Virus record (IMG/VR): IMGVR_UViG_3300031973_001744
Location: 1 to 55,767 of that record
Strand: one strand, 5' to 3'
Length of the DNA stretch: 55,767 nt
From: a virus
Taxonomy: Duplodnaviria; Caudoviricetes
Under the pieces are notes generated by a model. The model searched no databases and was not told the origin of the DNA. It was given only the letters and a program-made list of their open reading frames with translations. Below, piece by piece: positions 12,301 through 20,130 of this stretch. The translations under genes and the position numbers were made by a program. How positions within the stretch are numbered: the first letter of the stretch is position 1; each line of letters opens with the position of its first letter.

Positions 12301-12654
12301 TATTTCATTAATAAAAAAGTTTTTTTCAGAAGAGGATCCACATTTTTTATTATATACATTATATTCAACAATATATTCTCCTGAAAGAACATTAAAATAT
12401 GTTAATATATCATTTTCCAGATTAACTGTAAGTGTTTCACCATCGCTGTCTATAAAATAGTTATTATAATAATCAACTACACTTATAGTATTATTTTCAG
12501 GATCACTTAAAACGTATTCTACGTAAGTTTCTTCACTAACTTGTGCTTTTATATTTTGAGTGGCATTATATTGTAGATCATCATTACCGGAAAAACTAAA
12601 TGATCCTGATACACCAGATAAATCTTTAAGAAGTTCAATTGATATTCTTGACAT
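6373..12654 (-). CDS. Large baseplate wedge/tail protein (gp7/tail protein I-like) with LamG-like domain
   Basis: 2093 aa. LLRSKGTKTGLKSLISLYG resembles baseplate wedge proteins; TVEYRF...WWSVML...LSGSVQEVRYW resembles LamG/concanavalin; many TGS/SGS. Confidence 0.65.
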   Translation of the reverse strand: MSRISIELLKDLSGVSGSFSFSGNDDLQYNATQNIKAQVSEETYVEYVLSDPENNTISVVDYYNNYFIDSDGETLTVNLENDILTYFNVLSGEYIVEYNVYNKKCGSSSEKNFFINEISPSRTEIRADSSVIDDFVLADKTLQFLNEREQSTYFKEFLLNFGNNNLIAGVNIALDTTSDNTQILIKLKNPLPNDFDINSQFWIVEQIGANPNYLIEFSPDIREPLTVGIPLSGPNLNLIDRDLTSKETFTATLESLETTNLPSSSIYQLNSVISSSGININLDYNKFEEFVFFSSATERLKNFFYKISLLQDYSSSLNTANSTANNTSTTSHIFRDKINQLVSNFDNYEKFLYYESGSNSWPKVNDTPPFQLHVTSSTEVLQWYGSLDEQSSNYGGILLSASLYDNLNRNNLLYSIPEFIRLDPNNKQYEVFISMIGQHYDNIWTYTKDITKKFDADNRINFGISKDLVADAIKDFSLKIYENNFSTYDLYSAFTGFPQDSSSLGVTGLSDFPPLIYGFSSFGSGLYGPLPLGTQLVTNLVTASNDIIPIDDINKRTYKKIYHNVPYLLRSKGTKTGLKSLISLYGIPETILQVNEFGAKDKVSGNDWDFYRKIYNKALFISGSSSPDNMINTQWANHDNDNGLNPDWGISPLVPRTVEYRFKSTLDPNTLPSQSNIRQSTFTILDSNISSTSSSVSVVLEYNGSGSYTGSYSGSIMDPRNNYADLTLYVSGSSQYYSSSINLPFLNKDWWSVMLQYHSSSNTFELYSGNKIYNGGNGTKLGFTGSTTITVPGADDTLCWRSGSLARIGASKNSYNFAPGITGSSELSGSVQEVRYWINTLSESVWHNHIMNPLSIENGVLTGSESARESLAFRTREGEDYSIKGTLTNTISGSSIHPKVTGSLITTASFISGGNKNSFYNTTGLYKSNSETQFLNQPVVGIKNRVTDRIRVENLEFPQGNALSPYRRIEQNNYSSRSFTEGINYIEVGFSPSNQINDDIISELGGFNIEDYIGDPRLASSSLNYYPALNDLRDKFFEKYLKNYEVLDFIRLIKNFDNSLFKMIKDFTPIRNSSATGVIIKQHLLERQKYPEPVMTFTNVSKTGSILPSSKNFITGSSDFPQYSTSGSSIYKFSGGTGGSFEVFNSTAFHPYGPNGTGPDNRFDITQSLSESIIFQSGSTERIYTNQDEFYDGIFPGTNIIVTTQSLNPGCLQFSNINTEGVEVEHEYDRFVYRQQSCSLDRFENPNTAPRTGEIFFFKKFGQNKFTNIKISNTTKAGIDISNVLTQITTLAFDFSGINQSIAVDFVQSGQGFTEYEVVSPFSTYDISNFTSNFLNYSASVEKTSSFHLVKIADQGTVPSSFTETIIIDNFDIENDPSGLLNSQSGIYTSPLTNNRRLNFTCSISGSYAFTNNTTANIQYGVKVGLKNITRNEILKSNGFTVGLTAGNTFTQSFDFDFKEELFPQQALVTGDQVAVVVETDFDNNMFDLFGSSSLSISSSLFAINQNGVTSNGPVSTITSIQPGYLSDNTHFFNHFDCQPLLNNVSENTTSGIFFDIDYSSGTVLPVNFLQILNRTAVKAQVQDSNYFSKSWSNIRYNGVKLTSAILNEYTAANTLVLPDGTIWKGDISFGKEPVIEQTKPNFGFFKLLVPTSPELEKGTQVKLQYLINKQGQAFKPLLNSPSFFDVEGTYETNNLVDIALNDSFQTDGGNFPTNAAAGINLDNFNTQARVIRGARRVDPILTTQFASIFDGSVGEEFTGSINFTNPSGLDTNFSFQGGKFADTTYNPTSNPSTGILTVSCSNEGYDPAGLYDHPNSIWENTTGDRFNLTPIRFRFQGAVLNSTTATSNISIEWIRTGVPNVFFGLTNIPANTSLIFNDGSVAAGDPLAVPDLVTPYIFPAAGDQVRVRLEFTSLGVVNLQNTNFYGEPEQLPVVALTGSFWETGSAFPNSTQLTSSRDLAQYYNTSTQVQYPESTFKPINEIFTIKSGDQFRFLGSENNVHTVSNVSIINQGAETGKILVDIQPPIGNGLNLDKFLIRRFNKDGTSVILDLNPPNSGFGTTSGVVKNVTVNEEVESNINVILSDLVKDGTIN

Positions 12655-12656
12655 TT

Positions 12657-13181
12657 TTAATTATTTAAAGAGTTTAGAAGATCAGCATTTTTTTGTTGCT
12701 CTTCAAGCAACTCTTCTCTTAAAGAAGTAATTTCATCTTGTAATGAATTAATTAAATCTTCATTAGGGTTAAAATCTATATACTCTGTACTTTGTTTAAT
12801 TAATGTTTCATGTGAATTAATTTGACCTGTTTTTGGTATATCATAAAAAAATTTATTATAAAGATCAAAAAATGTAGTAATATTTAATGTACTTTCTTCT
12901 GCTAATGCATTAAAAATATTATTTTCTTCAGTAGTGTTTATTAACTCTGTAAACTCGGTATTAATTCTTTTTTTATACTGCTCTTTTCCTATTTTAGTAG
13001 TTTCAAGATTAATTATACCTGTCTCTATACCTACTCCTTCTATTGCTATTAATCTTTCACTCATTGTTGAGTGTTGGATTCCAGTCATATACCTTCCTGA
13101 GTCCATTAAATGGTAGTACCCTATGTATATCTCTCCGTTCTCTAGTGTAAATTCACCTCCATTAGTATAAAAACTTGCCAT
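12657..13181 (-). CDS. Hypothetical virion-associated protein with C-terminal coiled coil
   Basis: Tightly packed in the structural operon; C-terminal heptads LQDEITSLREELLEEQ. Confidence 0.5.
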   Translation of the reverse strand: MASFYTNGGEFTLENGEIYIGYYHLMDSGRYMTGIQHSTMSERLIAIEGVGIETGIINLETTKIGKEQYKKRINTEFTELINTTEENNIFNALAEESTLNITTFFDLYNKFFYDIPKTGQINSHETLIKQSTEYIDFNPNEDLINSLQDEITSLREELLEEQQKNADLLNSLNN

Positions 13182-13183
13182 AC

Positions 13184-14341
13184 TTAACCGTTAGTTACTT
13201 TAAAATACATTTCATTATCAATAATATCAGTTCTATTACCATAAATTGATTTAATTAATATTTTATAATATCTTTCAGGCTCGAGACCATTCATATGGAT
13301 ATCAAAGTAGTTTAAAGTATTGTTTCTTGAAATTTTAGTATATATAGTATCAAAATTTATAATAAATTCATCTGTATCTAAATCTTTAATAGCATAAAAA
13401 GATTCATCCGGTAAATAATAATTAATTACTTGATTAGATGTAGTAATATATGTTCTAATAGGATATTTGGGTCTTACATAAATAAAGAATCTGGTTACTG
13501 AATCTTGCTGATATTCCTCTTTATTCTCTCTTAATGATGCTACCCAATTGTTTGTACTGCCTGTTATATTGGTGGTAGATGATCCTGTAGAATTATTAAG
13601 ATAATCATCCCATTTAAATTCTAGTATAGGTGGGTATATTGTATTGGTATCTACGGAGAAGTATCTGCTTATAGGTTGTTGTGATTGTGATAGACTAAAT
13701 TCAATAGAGTTATCTAATTTAACTAAGAATCCATTGTTAGGAATATCAGTATCTGATCCAATAGAGTTTGAACTGCTATACCATGCTAGTCCAATATCAG
13801 TTACATCTATATTTAGATCTTTATCACTTCTTAATGAAAAGGATTGCGATACTTCTATACGCTTACCTTGTGCAGATCCTGTATACCATACTCCTCCACC
13901 TTCGGGTGAATATGTAGTATTAAAGGATTGTGTACTATATGGTACCCCTGCAAAATTCCAATTAGTTCCTAAATCTTTAGAATCTCTAAATAACCAGCTT
14001 ACACCATTAGTGGTTTCTGGGTTATCAGCAAACTTTCCTGTGCCATTTTCCCATGATCCTGATACTGGATATACATATAGTTCTGTATCAAGATTAAATC
14101 CTTGAGCATAAGCTATAAAATTTTTAAGAGAGAAATTAATAGATTCAGTGGCACTGTTATTTGATATAAAGCTATCAATAGATTCTTGATCAAATTTTAT
14201 TACGTATCTTGATACTTGTGGAGATACTGTAATATTATTTTGATTATAGACTTCTAGCATTTCATCTATTCCAGCAGATCTTGATGGAAAATATGAATAT
14301 AAAGATGCATCTTTGGTTGGGAAAAATTTATATACAGCCAC
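13184..14341 (-). CDS. DNRLRE-like carbohydrate-binding domain structural protein
   Basis: Pattern KDASLY...SRYVIKFD...YPVSGSWENG...VSW...IDVTDI...NNGFLVK...PILE; GTG start. Confidence 0.6.
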   Translation of the reverse strand: MAVYKFFPTKDASLYSYFPSRSAGIDEMLEVYNQNNITVSPQVSRYVIKFDQESIDSFISNNSATESINFSLKNFIAYAQGFNLDTELYVYPVSGSWENGTGKFADNPETTNGVSWLFRDSKDLGTNWNFAGVPYSTQSFNTTYSPEGGGVWYTGSAQGKRIEVSQSFSLRSDKDLNIDVTDIGLAWYSSSNSIGSDTDIPNNGFLVKLDNSIEFSLSQSQQPISRYFSVDTNTIYPPILEFKWDDYLNNSTGSSTTNITGSTNNWVASLRENKEEYQQDSVTRFFIYVRPKYPIRTYITTSNQVINYYLPDESFYAIKDLDTDEFIINFDTIYTKISRNNTLNYFDIHMNGLEPERYYKILIKSIYGNRTDIIDNEMYFKVTNG

Positions 14342-14350
14342 CTTTTATTA

Positions 14351-14357
14351 ATAAATA
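14351..14357 (-). promoter_or_regulatory. Putative late promoter TATTTAT
   Basis: GATATTTATTAATAAAAG immediately upstream of the 14341 start. Confidence 0.45.
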
Positions 14358-14361
14358 TCAT

Positions 14362-14392
14362 AAATAAAAAAAGCGAGCCTATGCTCGCCTTT
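14362..14392 (-). terminator. Rho-independent terminator
   Basis: Minus strand GCGAGC-ATAG-GCTCGC followed by TTTTTTT, downstream of the 14417 gene. Confidence 0.8.
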
Positions 14393-14416
14393 ATTACTTT
14401 ATATAATAAATATTAT

Positions 14417-14746
14417 TTAATAACCAACTAGGTTTCGCATATCATTCATAATGCTATCAAACTTTTCAATGTATTCATTAATGGTAGAGTAATGTTTACC
14501 TTCTTGAAGAGTTTTTCTATGTATAATAGATCTTAGAGCGTTATTAAAAGTACTTGGATAAGAATGAACTTTTACAACTGTTTTATCTTCTCCGTTTGAT
14601 AGGTGATGATCAGAGGAAGTAGTTGTTTCTTCACACACTAAATATTCTCCACTATTTCCTTTAACTATAAAAAAAGGTTCGATTCTTTCATCAAAGATAG
14701 ATGTTTGACCTTCGCAAAACTCTTCTCTTGTACTATATCTAATCAT
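14417..14746 (-). CDS. Hypothetical protein
   Basis: 109-aa ORF with its own promoter upstream and terminator downstream. Confidence 0.7.
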   Translation of the reverse strand: MIRYSTREEFCEGQTSIFDERIEPFFIVKGNSGEYLVCEETTTSSDHHLSNGEDKTVVKVHSYPSTFNNALRSIIHRKTLQEGKHYSTINEYIEKFDSIMNDMRNLVGY

Positions 14747-14758
14747 ATTAATTTTTTA

Positions 14759-14790
14759 TAAAAATACGAAAAAATATAATTTATTCCAAC
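14759..14790 (-). promoter_or_regulatory. Bacteroidetes-like -33/-7 promoter
   Basis: GTTG-N20-TATTTTTA. Confidence 0.6.
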
Positions 14791-15089
14791 TATTTTTTCT
14801 TTTTCTTTTTATACCCTTTATGCCAGTGTTCAGTCATTGTAATAATTTTTAACTCACTAACTGGAATATCTTCTACTTTTTTTCCATTTTCAAATAAAAC
14901 ATCATAATGTGTTACAACATGTTTATTTCCTTCCTTAACTAAGGTATGTTTTTCAGGAATAGTATTTCCTTTTCCATATTTACTATGAACTACTTTTGCA
15001 GCACAATCATGTTTGAATCCAGGAGCTGCTTCTTTAAGCATAGATTTTATCTCCTCTCTAATTATTTTTTTAATTATATTAATTTTCAT
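14790..15089 (-). CDS. Small protein with KKIIREEI...LKE leader (candidate internal head protein)
   Basis: Likely start is ATG 15089 (MKINIIKKIIREEIKSMLKE|AAPG), just after a TATTTAT motif; HDCA...HYDVLFE domain. Confidence 0.6.
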   Translation of the reverse strand: MKINIIKKIIREEIKSMLKEAAPGFKHDCAAKVVHSKYGKGNTIPEKHTLVKEGNKHVVTHYDVLFENGKKVEDIPVSELKIITMTEHWHKGYKKKKKK

Positions 15090-15100
15090 ATTAATAAATA

Positions 15101-15409
15101 TCACTTACGATGTCTATTAAGAGATTGAGTATGAACATAACCAGGCTCCCATCTTATATCACATCTACCATCCGGTTCAACCTCTAGATTCGTATTATAC
15201 ATAAATAGCGGACCATTATACTCCTGAAATTGAGTAGTATCATATTCGTACATATTTGTAGATTCTTTTATTCTTCTAGGACCATCCCAAGATCGAAACA
15301 TTCTACAAGTAGTTCTGTACCATCTTCCTTCTTTATTTTGAACTTCAGTTAACCAACATTCATTAAAGTCATAAATTAACTTTCCAGTATCTCCTCTTTT
15401 TTCACTCAT
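15101..15409 (-). CDS. Hypothetical protein
   Basis: 102-aa ORF coupled to its neighbours. Confidence 0.65.
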   Translation of the reverse strand: MSEKRGDTGKLIYDFNECWLTEVQNKEGRWYRTTCRMFRSWDGPRRIKESTNMYEYDTTQFQEYNGPLFMYNTNLEVEPDGRCDIRWEPGYVHTQSLNRHRK

Positions 15410-15591
15410 TATCCTACCTTTATTTTTAAAATTATTGCTTTTTCTGGAATTCCGGGTATTTTTTTCATAGACAAAATTTGATCTATATTTTTATTTTTCC
15501 AGGTCTTAGTTTTTGTTTTTGCATTTTTTCTATTAGATGTTTTAAAGATAATAGAAATTGGAAGATTGCCGTAAGAGTTTGTTCTCGCCAT
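15409..15591 (-). CDS. Small basic hypothetical protein
   Basis: 60 aa; AAAGGTT-ATG leader and promoter upstream. Confidence 0.65.
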   Translation of the reverse strand: MARTNSYGNLPISIIFKTSNRKNAKTKTKTWKNKNIDQILSMKKIPGIPEKAIILKIKVG

Positions 15592-15613
15592 AACCTTTAT
15601 TTTTAATATTTAT

Positions 15614-15676
15614 TAAATATAAGAAAAATAATTTAATTTTTCAACTTGTTTATTATATTTATTTTTCGTATCTTAA
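15614..15676. promoter_or_regulatory. Back-to-back divergent Bacteroidetes-like promoters
   Basis: Minus strand GTTG(15645-42)-N20-TATATTTA(15621-14); plus strand CTTG(15645-48)-N20-TATCTTAA(15669-76). Marks the strand switch. Confidence 0.65.
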
Positions 15677-15680
15677 TGCT

Positions 15681-16130
15681 ATGGACCTAAACCGTTTTTT
15701 TAAATTTTTTAAAGAAGATAATAATACTGATGGTGAATTATTAAATGAGGATAATATAGAATTGTATCAAGAAGAAACACCAGTTTTTAAAATTGGTATG
15801 TTTATTAGATTATCTGAATTTAAAATAATACACTCATTAAAAAATATTAATAATGTAGATAATCAATCGGATGTATTATTTATGTTACCAGGCATTGATA
15901 TTGATGGTAACAATAAACAAGAATTTGATTTAGTTTTTAATATGTTAAGATATAGACATATTAAGGATCTAGATCTTGATAATGAGATGGTAGTTGATAG
16001 TATAAAACTATGGTCAGAAAAGAATTTAGAAGCTTATATTTTAGATTGTTTAGATTACTATGAATCAGTAGAAGAGTATGAAAAGTGTGGTTTTTTAAAA
16101 AAAATCCAAGATATTATACAAAATAGTTGA
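15681..16130 (+). CDS. Hypothetical protein with C-terminal UVR-like motif
   Basis: LDYYESVEEYEKCGFLKKI resembles the UvrB/C coiled-coil motif. Confidence 0.6.
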   Translation: MDLNRFFKFFKEDNNTDGELLNEDNIELYQEETPVFKIGMFIRLSEFKIIHSLKNINNVDNQSDVLFMLPGIDIDGNNKQEFDLVFNMLRYRHIKDLDLDNEMVVDSIKLWSEKNLEAYILDCLDYYESVEEYEKCGFLKKIQDIIQNS

Positions 16131-16157
16131 TTTTCTGTAAAATTTTTATTATCTTCA
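16126..16157 (+). promoter_or_regulatory. Bacteroidetes-like -33/-7 promoter
   Basis: GTTG-N20-TATCTTCA. Confidence 0.45.
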
Positions 16158-16170
16158 AAATTATATTATG

Positions 16171-16254
16171 ATTATAATTAAAATAATATTTAAAATAATT
16201 AAAAAAATATATAATATTATTAATAAAATAATTAAATTTAATAATAAAATATAT
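16171..16254. other. 84-nt pure A/T intergenic tract
   Basis: No G or C between 16171 and 16254. Confidence 0.8.
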
Positions 16255-16321
16255 GATGAGAAGATGAAAGCAATGGAATATTGTGGAAGATTATTCTTTT
16301 GATTATTTATAAAGAAATAAT

Positions 16322-16714
16322 ATGCCTACATTTACCCCACAACAATTAAAAGGAGCAGGAACTACTGTTGGGTCACTTAATGGTACTAAAACCTTTACAT
16401 TTACTTATCCATCCTCTACTTTAACTACTACTGATGATTCTCCTGCATATTTTACGTTAGAGCAAGTTCAAGATAGTACAAATAATATTAAAAGGAACTC
16501 TGATGAATCTATGCCTCTGGAGGCAGTTGATTATACTGAGGGGGTTTTTGATGCTTTTGGTGGAATATCTGAATCTAGTATTGTTCAAAATAAATATAAA
16601 TTTAGTATTGTTGTCCCGAGAGGTACAAATACAGTCAGGTTTACACCTGTTGATACTTCAAGAGGGGGTTTAGTAAGATATAGAGGAACTGGCAATTTTA
16701 CATTATCTTTTTAA
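16322..16714 (+). CDS. Hypothetical beta-rich protein, possibly structural
   Basis: 130 aa, T/S/G-rich; TATTTATA at 16304 upstream. Confidence 0.6.
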   Translation: MPTFTPQQLKGAGTTVGSLNGTKTFTFTYPSSTLTTTDDSPAYFTLEQVQDSTNNIKRNSDESMPLEAVDYTEGVFDAFGGISESSIVQNKYKFSIVVPRGTNTVRFTPVDTSRGGLVRYRGTGNFTLSF

Positions 16715-16718
16715 GATA

Positions 16719-16750
16719 GTTGTTTAATTGAGATTTATTTCGTATATTAA
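16719..16750 (+). promoter_or_regulatory. Bacteroidetes-like -33/-7 promoter
   Basis: GTTG-N20-TATATTAA, with the spacer ending TTCG. Confidence 0.65.
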
Positions 16751-16765
16751 GAAAAATATATTTAA

Positions 16766-17545
16766 ATGAATCTTACCCCTGAACAGTTACAATCTAATTG
16801 GAATACATTTATTGATAATATTAAAAATTATATTACTGGAGATAGACAAGAGCAGTTAATTAATTTTTATCAAGAACGAGAAGAGGATTTAGTTTTATAT
16901 CCAGCATCTCATAAAGATTCCTTTCATAATGCATTCCCAGGAGGATATGTTGATCACGTTAATCGCGTTGTAGAGTGTGCTCTTAAGTTAAATAAAATTT
17001 GGCAAGAGATGGGATGCCGAACTGAAGATTATACTGAAGAGGAGTTAGTATTTTCTGCTATTAATCATGACTTAGGTAAGATAGGTGATAAGGAAAATTT
17101 AATGTATCTTCAACAGACTGATCAATGGAGACGTAAGAATCTTGGAGAACATTATAAGCATAACTCAGAAGTAGATTTTATGTCTATTCCAGATCGCTCA
17201 TTATTTCTATTGCAAGATTATGGAATTAAAGTAACTCAAAATGAATATGTTTGTATTCAAACTCATGATGGGCTTTATGATGATGCAAATAAAAAATACT
17301 TTATTAGCTTTTTACCAGATTCTAAATTTAAGAGCTCTCTTCCAATTATTATTCATCATGCTGATATGATGGCTGCTAGAATTGAATTCGAACAATTTTA
17401 TTATAATAAAGAAGAGCAACCTAAACAAGAAAAAAAGCCTTTTAATCTTAATGTTAAAAAGCAATCAGTACAAAATAAAGCTATTACAGAAACAGCCAAA
17501 AAATCAAAAGATTCGAATTTATTAAATATATTAAACGATTTATAA
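16766..17545 (+). CDS. HD-domain phosphohydrolase (YhaM-like)
   Basis: PAS...H.AFPGGYVDHV, NHDLGKIG, HDG and HHADM motifs. Confidence 0.85.
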   Translation: MNLTPEQLQSNWNTFIDNIKNYITGDRQEQLINFYQEREEDLVLYPASHKDSFHNAFPGGYVDHVNRVVECALKLNKIWQEMGCRTEDYTEEELVFSAINHDLGKIGDKENLMYLQQTDQWRRKNLGEHYKHNSEVDFMSIPDRSLFLLQDYGIKVTQNEYVCIQTHDGLYDDANKKYFISFLPDSKFKSSLPIIIHHADMMAARIEFEQFYYNKEEQPKQEKKPFNLNVKKQSVQNKAITETAKKSKDSNLLNILNDL

Positions 17546-17817
17546 TGGTTTGGATAATTACAACTCTAGTAATACTTTTATTTATTTGTATTTTTATTAT
17601 TTATAATTTATATAAAAAATTAATAGTAGCTGAAACAGTTACGTCTTCATATTTTAATTATCTCGATAGTGTATCAAGAATAATTGAATTTATTAATAAT
17701 AAAGTGGAAGAATTAGATAAAACTGATTCTTTTAAGTCTGATGATGAAATAGGTTTCTTTTTTAATGAAATAAAAAAGCTTAATAGCTTATTATCAGACT
17801 TTACTTTAAAAAAATAA
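17545..17817 (+). CDS. Membrane-anchored small protein
   Basis: N-terminal hydrophobic helix followed by a coiled-coil-like segment and FKSDDEIGFFF. Confidence 0.65.
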   Translation: MVWIITTLVILLFICIFIIYNLYKKLIVAETVTSSYFNYLDSVSRIIEFINNKVEELDKTDSFKSDDEIGFFFNEIKKLNSLLSDFTLKK

Positions 17818-18521
17818 TGGGAAGAAAAAAATCAGATAAAAATTATTTTACGCTTGAAACTGAGGCTAAAATTATTGAATATAATAATACTAAAGATAGT
17901 GAAGTAAGAAGTCAAATATATAAAGATCATATACACTATCCTTTTTTTAAATTAACTCAAAATATTATACATAGGTATAAATTTTATAATACTGAAGTTG
18001 ATAATATTGAACATTTGCAGCATGAAGTAATAACTTTTTTATTATCAAAAATCCATCTTTTTGATGAATCTAAAGGTACTAAAGCATATTCATATTTTGG
18101 TACTATAACAAAAAATTACCTTATACAATATAATAGAAAAAATTATAATAAAAAAATTACTCATGTAGATACTTCAGTAATACAATCTAATACTAACTAT
18201 TCCTATGTAATGGATAATGAAGAATTAGATTTACATGACTATATTGATGCTTTCACTATCTATGCAACAGATAATTTATATAAGTTATTTGATGATGAAT
18301 ATAATATTAAAATAGCAGATGCAGTTTTAGAAATATTTAGAAAAAGAGGCTTTATACAAAATTTTAATAAAAAAGCATTGTATATATTTGTTAAGGAAAT
18401 AGTAGATGTACCTACAACACATATAACTCCTGTTGTAAGAGTATTAAAAAAGGTATTTTATTCCGGTTTAGAGAATTATATTCAATTTAAAGAGATATCC
18501 TTTGAACTTGAAAATTCATAA
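17817..18521 (+). CDS. RNA polymerase sigma factor, T4 gp55-like (late transcription)
   Basis: Sigma region-2-like FDESKGTKAYSYFGTITKNYL; sits beside structural genes. Confidence 0.7.
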   Translation: MGRKKSDKNYFTLETEAKIIEYNNTKDSEVRSQIYKDHIHYPFFKLTQNIIHRYKFYNTEVDNIEHLQHEVITFLLSKIHLFDESKGTKAYSYFGTITKNYLIQYNRKNYNKKITHVDTSVIQSNTNYSYVMDNEELDLHDYIDAFTIYATDNLYKLFDDEYNIKIADAVLEIFRKRGFIQNFNKKALYIFVKEIVDVPTTHITPVVRVLKKVFYSGLENYIQFKEISFELENS

Positions 18522-18545
18522 TTTTTCTATTTATTAGAAAAGATT

Positions 18546-18881
18546 ATGAGTGATTTTGATAAAATAGTCTTTAAGAAGAAAAAGTTTTCTGATATTTTAT
18601 CTGAAATATACGATAACCAAAAGCAGAAACAACAACAAATTTCTGTCTTAATTAGTGAACTTAAACCGTTAATACAAGATATTGGAGATGCAACTTTAAT
18701 AGTTCCTCTCATTAAAGAATATTTAGATTTAGGTATTAAAAATGATGAGCAACTTATAAAAGTAGCTACTATAATACAACGTATGGTTAAATCAACTGAA
18801 AATAATGGTACTGGAGAGTTAATATCCGAAGAAGAAAAAGCTCAACTAATGAAAGAAATTAATAAGTTGAAGGATAATTAA
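18546..18881 (+). CDS. Hypothetical helical protein
   Basis: 111-aa ORF preceded by TATTTAT (18528-18534); heads the baseplate operon. Confidence 0.6.
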   Translation: MSDFDKIVFKKKKFSDILSEIYDNQKQKQQQISVLISELKPLIQDIGDATLIVPLIKEYLDLGIKNDEQLIKVATIIQRMVKSTENNGTGELISEEEKAQLMKEINKLKDN

Positions 18882-18882
18882 T

Positions 18883-20130
18883 ATGAGTGCTTTATCAGGT
18901 GGAAATAGAACTCTTAATCCAACTAGAAGATCCTTTAATTCACAGGATATTTTAAGTGGTATAGTTACATCAGTTATATTAAATGATAATAGTACAGGCT
19001 TCCCTGACGCTAAAGATGGCTATAACAGTATGGGAACTATTAATTTTGAAGTAATAGATAATGATAATCCCGGTACTCCAAAAGATAATTTAAAAGCAAA
19101 ACCACTATTTCCCTATATTACCTGCTATCCATTAATAGGAGAAGTAGTTATAATTATAAAATCTCTTTCACAAAATCCAGTTAAGACAAACGAAGGTACA
19201 CAAGTATACTATTACCTACCTAATGTTAATTTATTTAACACCCCCTCTTATAATCCATCTAACTTTACCAACGAATTACTTGTATTAAGAGATCCAGTTA
19301 GAACAAATAGTAAAAGCGTTATACTCCCTATAACACCAAAATCAGCAGATGCTGGATCATATGAACCAACTCCAAGTGGTAACTCAACATTTATTGATAG
19401 TGGAAGAGTTAGACAAACAAAAATATTTACAGGAGACATAGTATTTCAAGGTAGATTTGGAAGTAATTTAAGATTTTCCTCTACTAGACCTGGATCAGGA
19501 AACTCATGGTCAAATCCATCTCCCGGTACTGCAAACGGTGATCCTATTACAATACTAAATAATGGTATTCATGATAGCGGGGTAGCATCTTTCATACCTT
19601 TTTCCGAAAACCCTACAGATGATAAAAGTAGTATTTACTTAACCTCAACACAAGTTTTACCTATAAATAGACCTGAAATAAACTTTAATTCTAGTACTGA
19701 GCCGCCCGAATCTCTACTCTCCTATAGCAATCCTCAAATATTAATTAATTCAGATAGATTAGTATTAGCTGCAAAAAAAGATAGTATAATAATAGGAGCT
19801 GGAAAGAATATTAATTTATCAGGTAAAAATATCGGAATAGATGCAAGGAATGAATTTTCAGTTAATAGTAATAATATTAGACTGGGGAATGTAAATGCAA
19901 CTGAACCAGTAATGCTTGGTAATAAAACAAATGATCTTCTTATAAAAGCTCTTACAAGTATTAACGAGCTTATAGAAACATTAGAAGATAGTAAAATATT
20001 TCCTGGAGGTCAACCAGCTCCTAACGAACCAGTTATTATGCAGGCTATATCTACACAGAATAGGATAAATGAAGTATTAAGCGTCCTCAGCGGAGAGTCT
20101 CACCTTTCAAAAACTACATTTACAACATAA
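18883..20130 (+). CDS. Baseplate hub/central spike protein (gp5/gpV-like)
   Basis: OB-fold-like PLIGEVVII, GDIVFQGRFGSNLRF, beta-rich C-terminal part and IRLG...EPVMLGN. Confidence 0.65.
   Translation: MSALSGGNRTLNPTRRSFNSQDILSGIVTSVILNDNSTGFPDAKDGYNSMGTINFEVIDNDNPGTPKDNLKAKPLFPYITCYPLIGEVVIIIKSLSQNPVKTNEGTQVYYYLPNVNLFNTPSYNPSNFTNELLVLRDPVRTNSKSVILPITPKSADAGSYEPTPSGNSTFIDSGRVRQTKIFTGDIVFQGRFGSNLRFSSTRPGSGNSWSNPSPGTANGDPITILNNGIHDSGVASFIPFSENPTDDKSSIYLTSTQVLPINRPEINFNSSTEPPESLLSYSNPQILINSDRLVLAAKKDSIIIGAGKNINLSGKNIGIDARNEFSVNSNNIRLGNVNATEPVMLGNKTNDLLIKALTSINELIETLEDSKIFPGGQPAPNEPVIMQAISTQNRINEVLSVLSGESHLSKTTFTT

Noticed and set aside
16766-17545. HD protein as DatZ of a Z-genome (2-aminoadenine) system
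   Set aside because: No purZ or mazZ in the window, and the motifs fit a generic YhaM-like HD family.
18546-18881. Possible small terminase subunit
   Set aside because: Size and helical character fit, but there is no diagnostic motif or adjacent large terminase; left as hypothetical.
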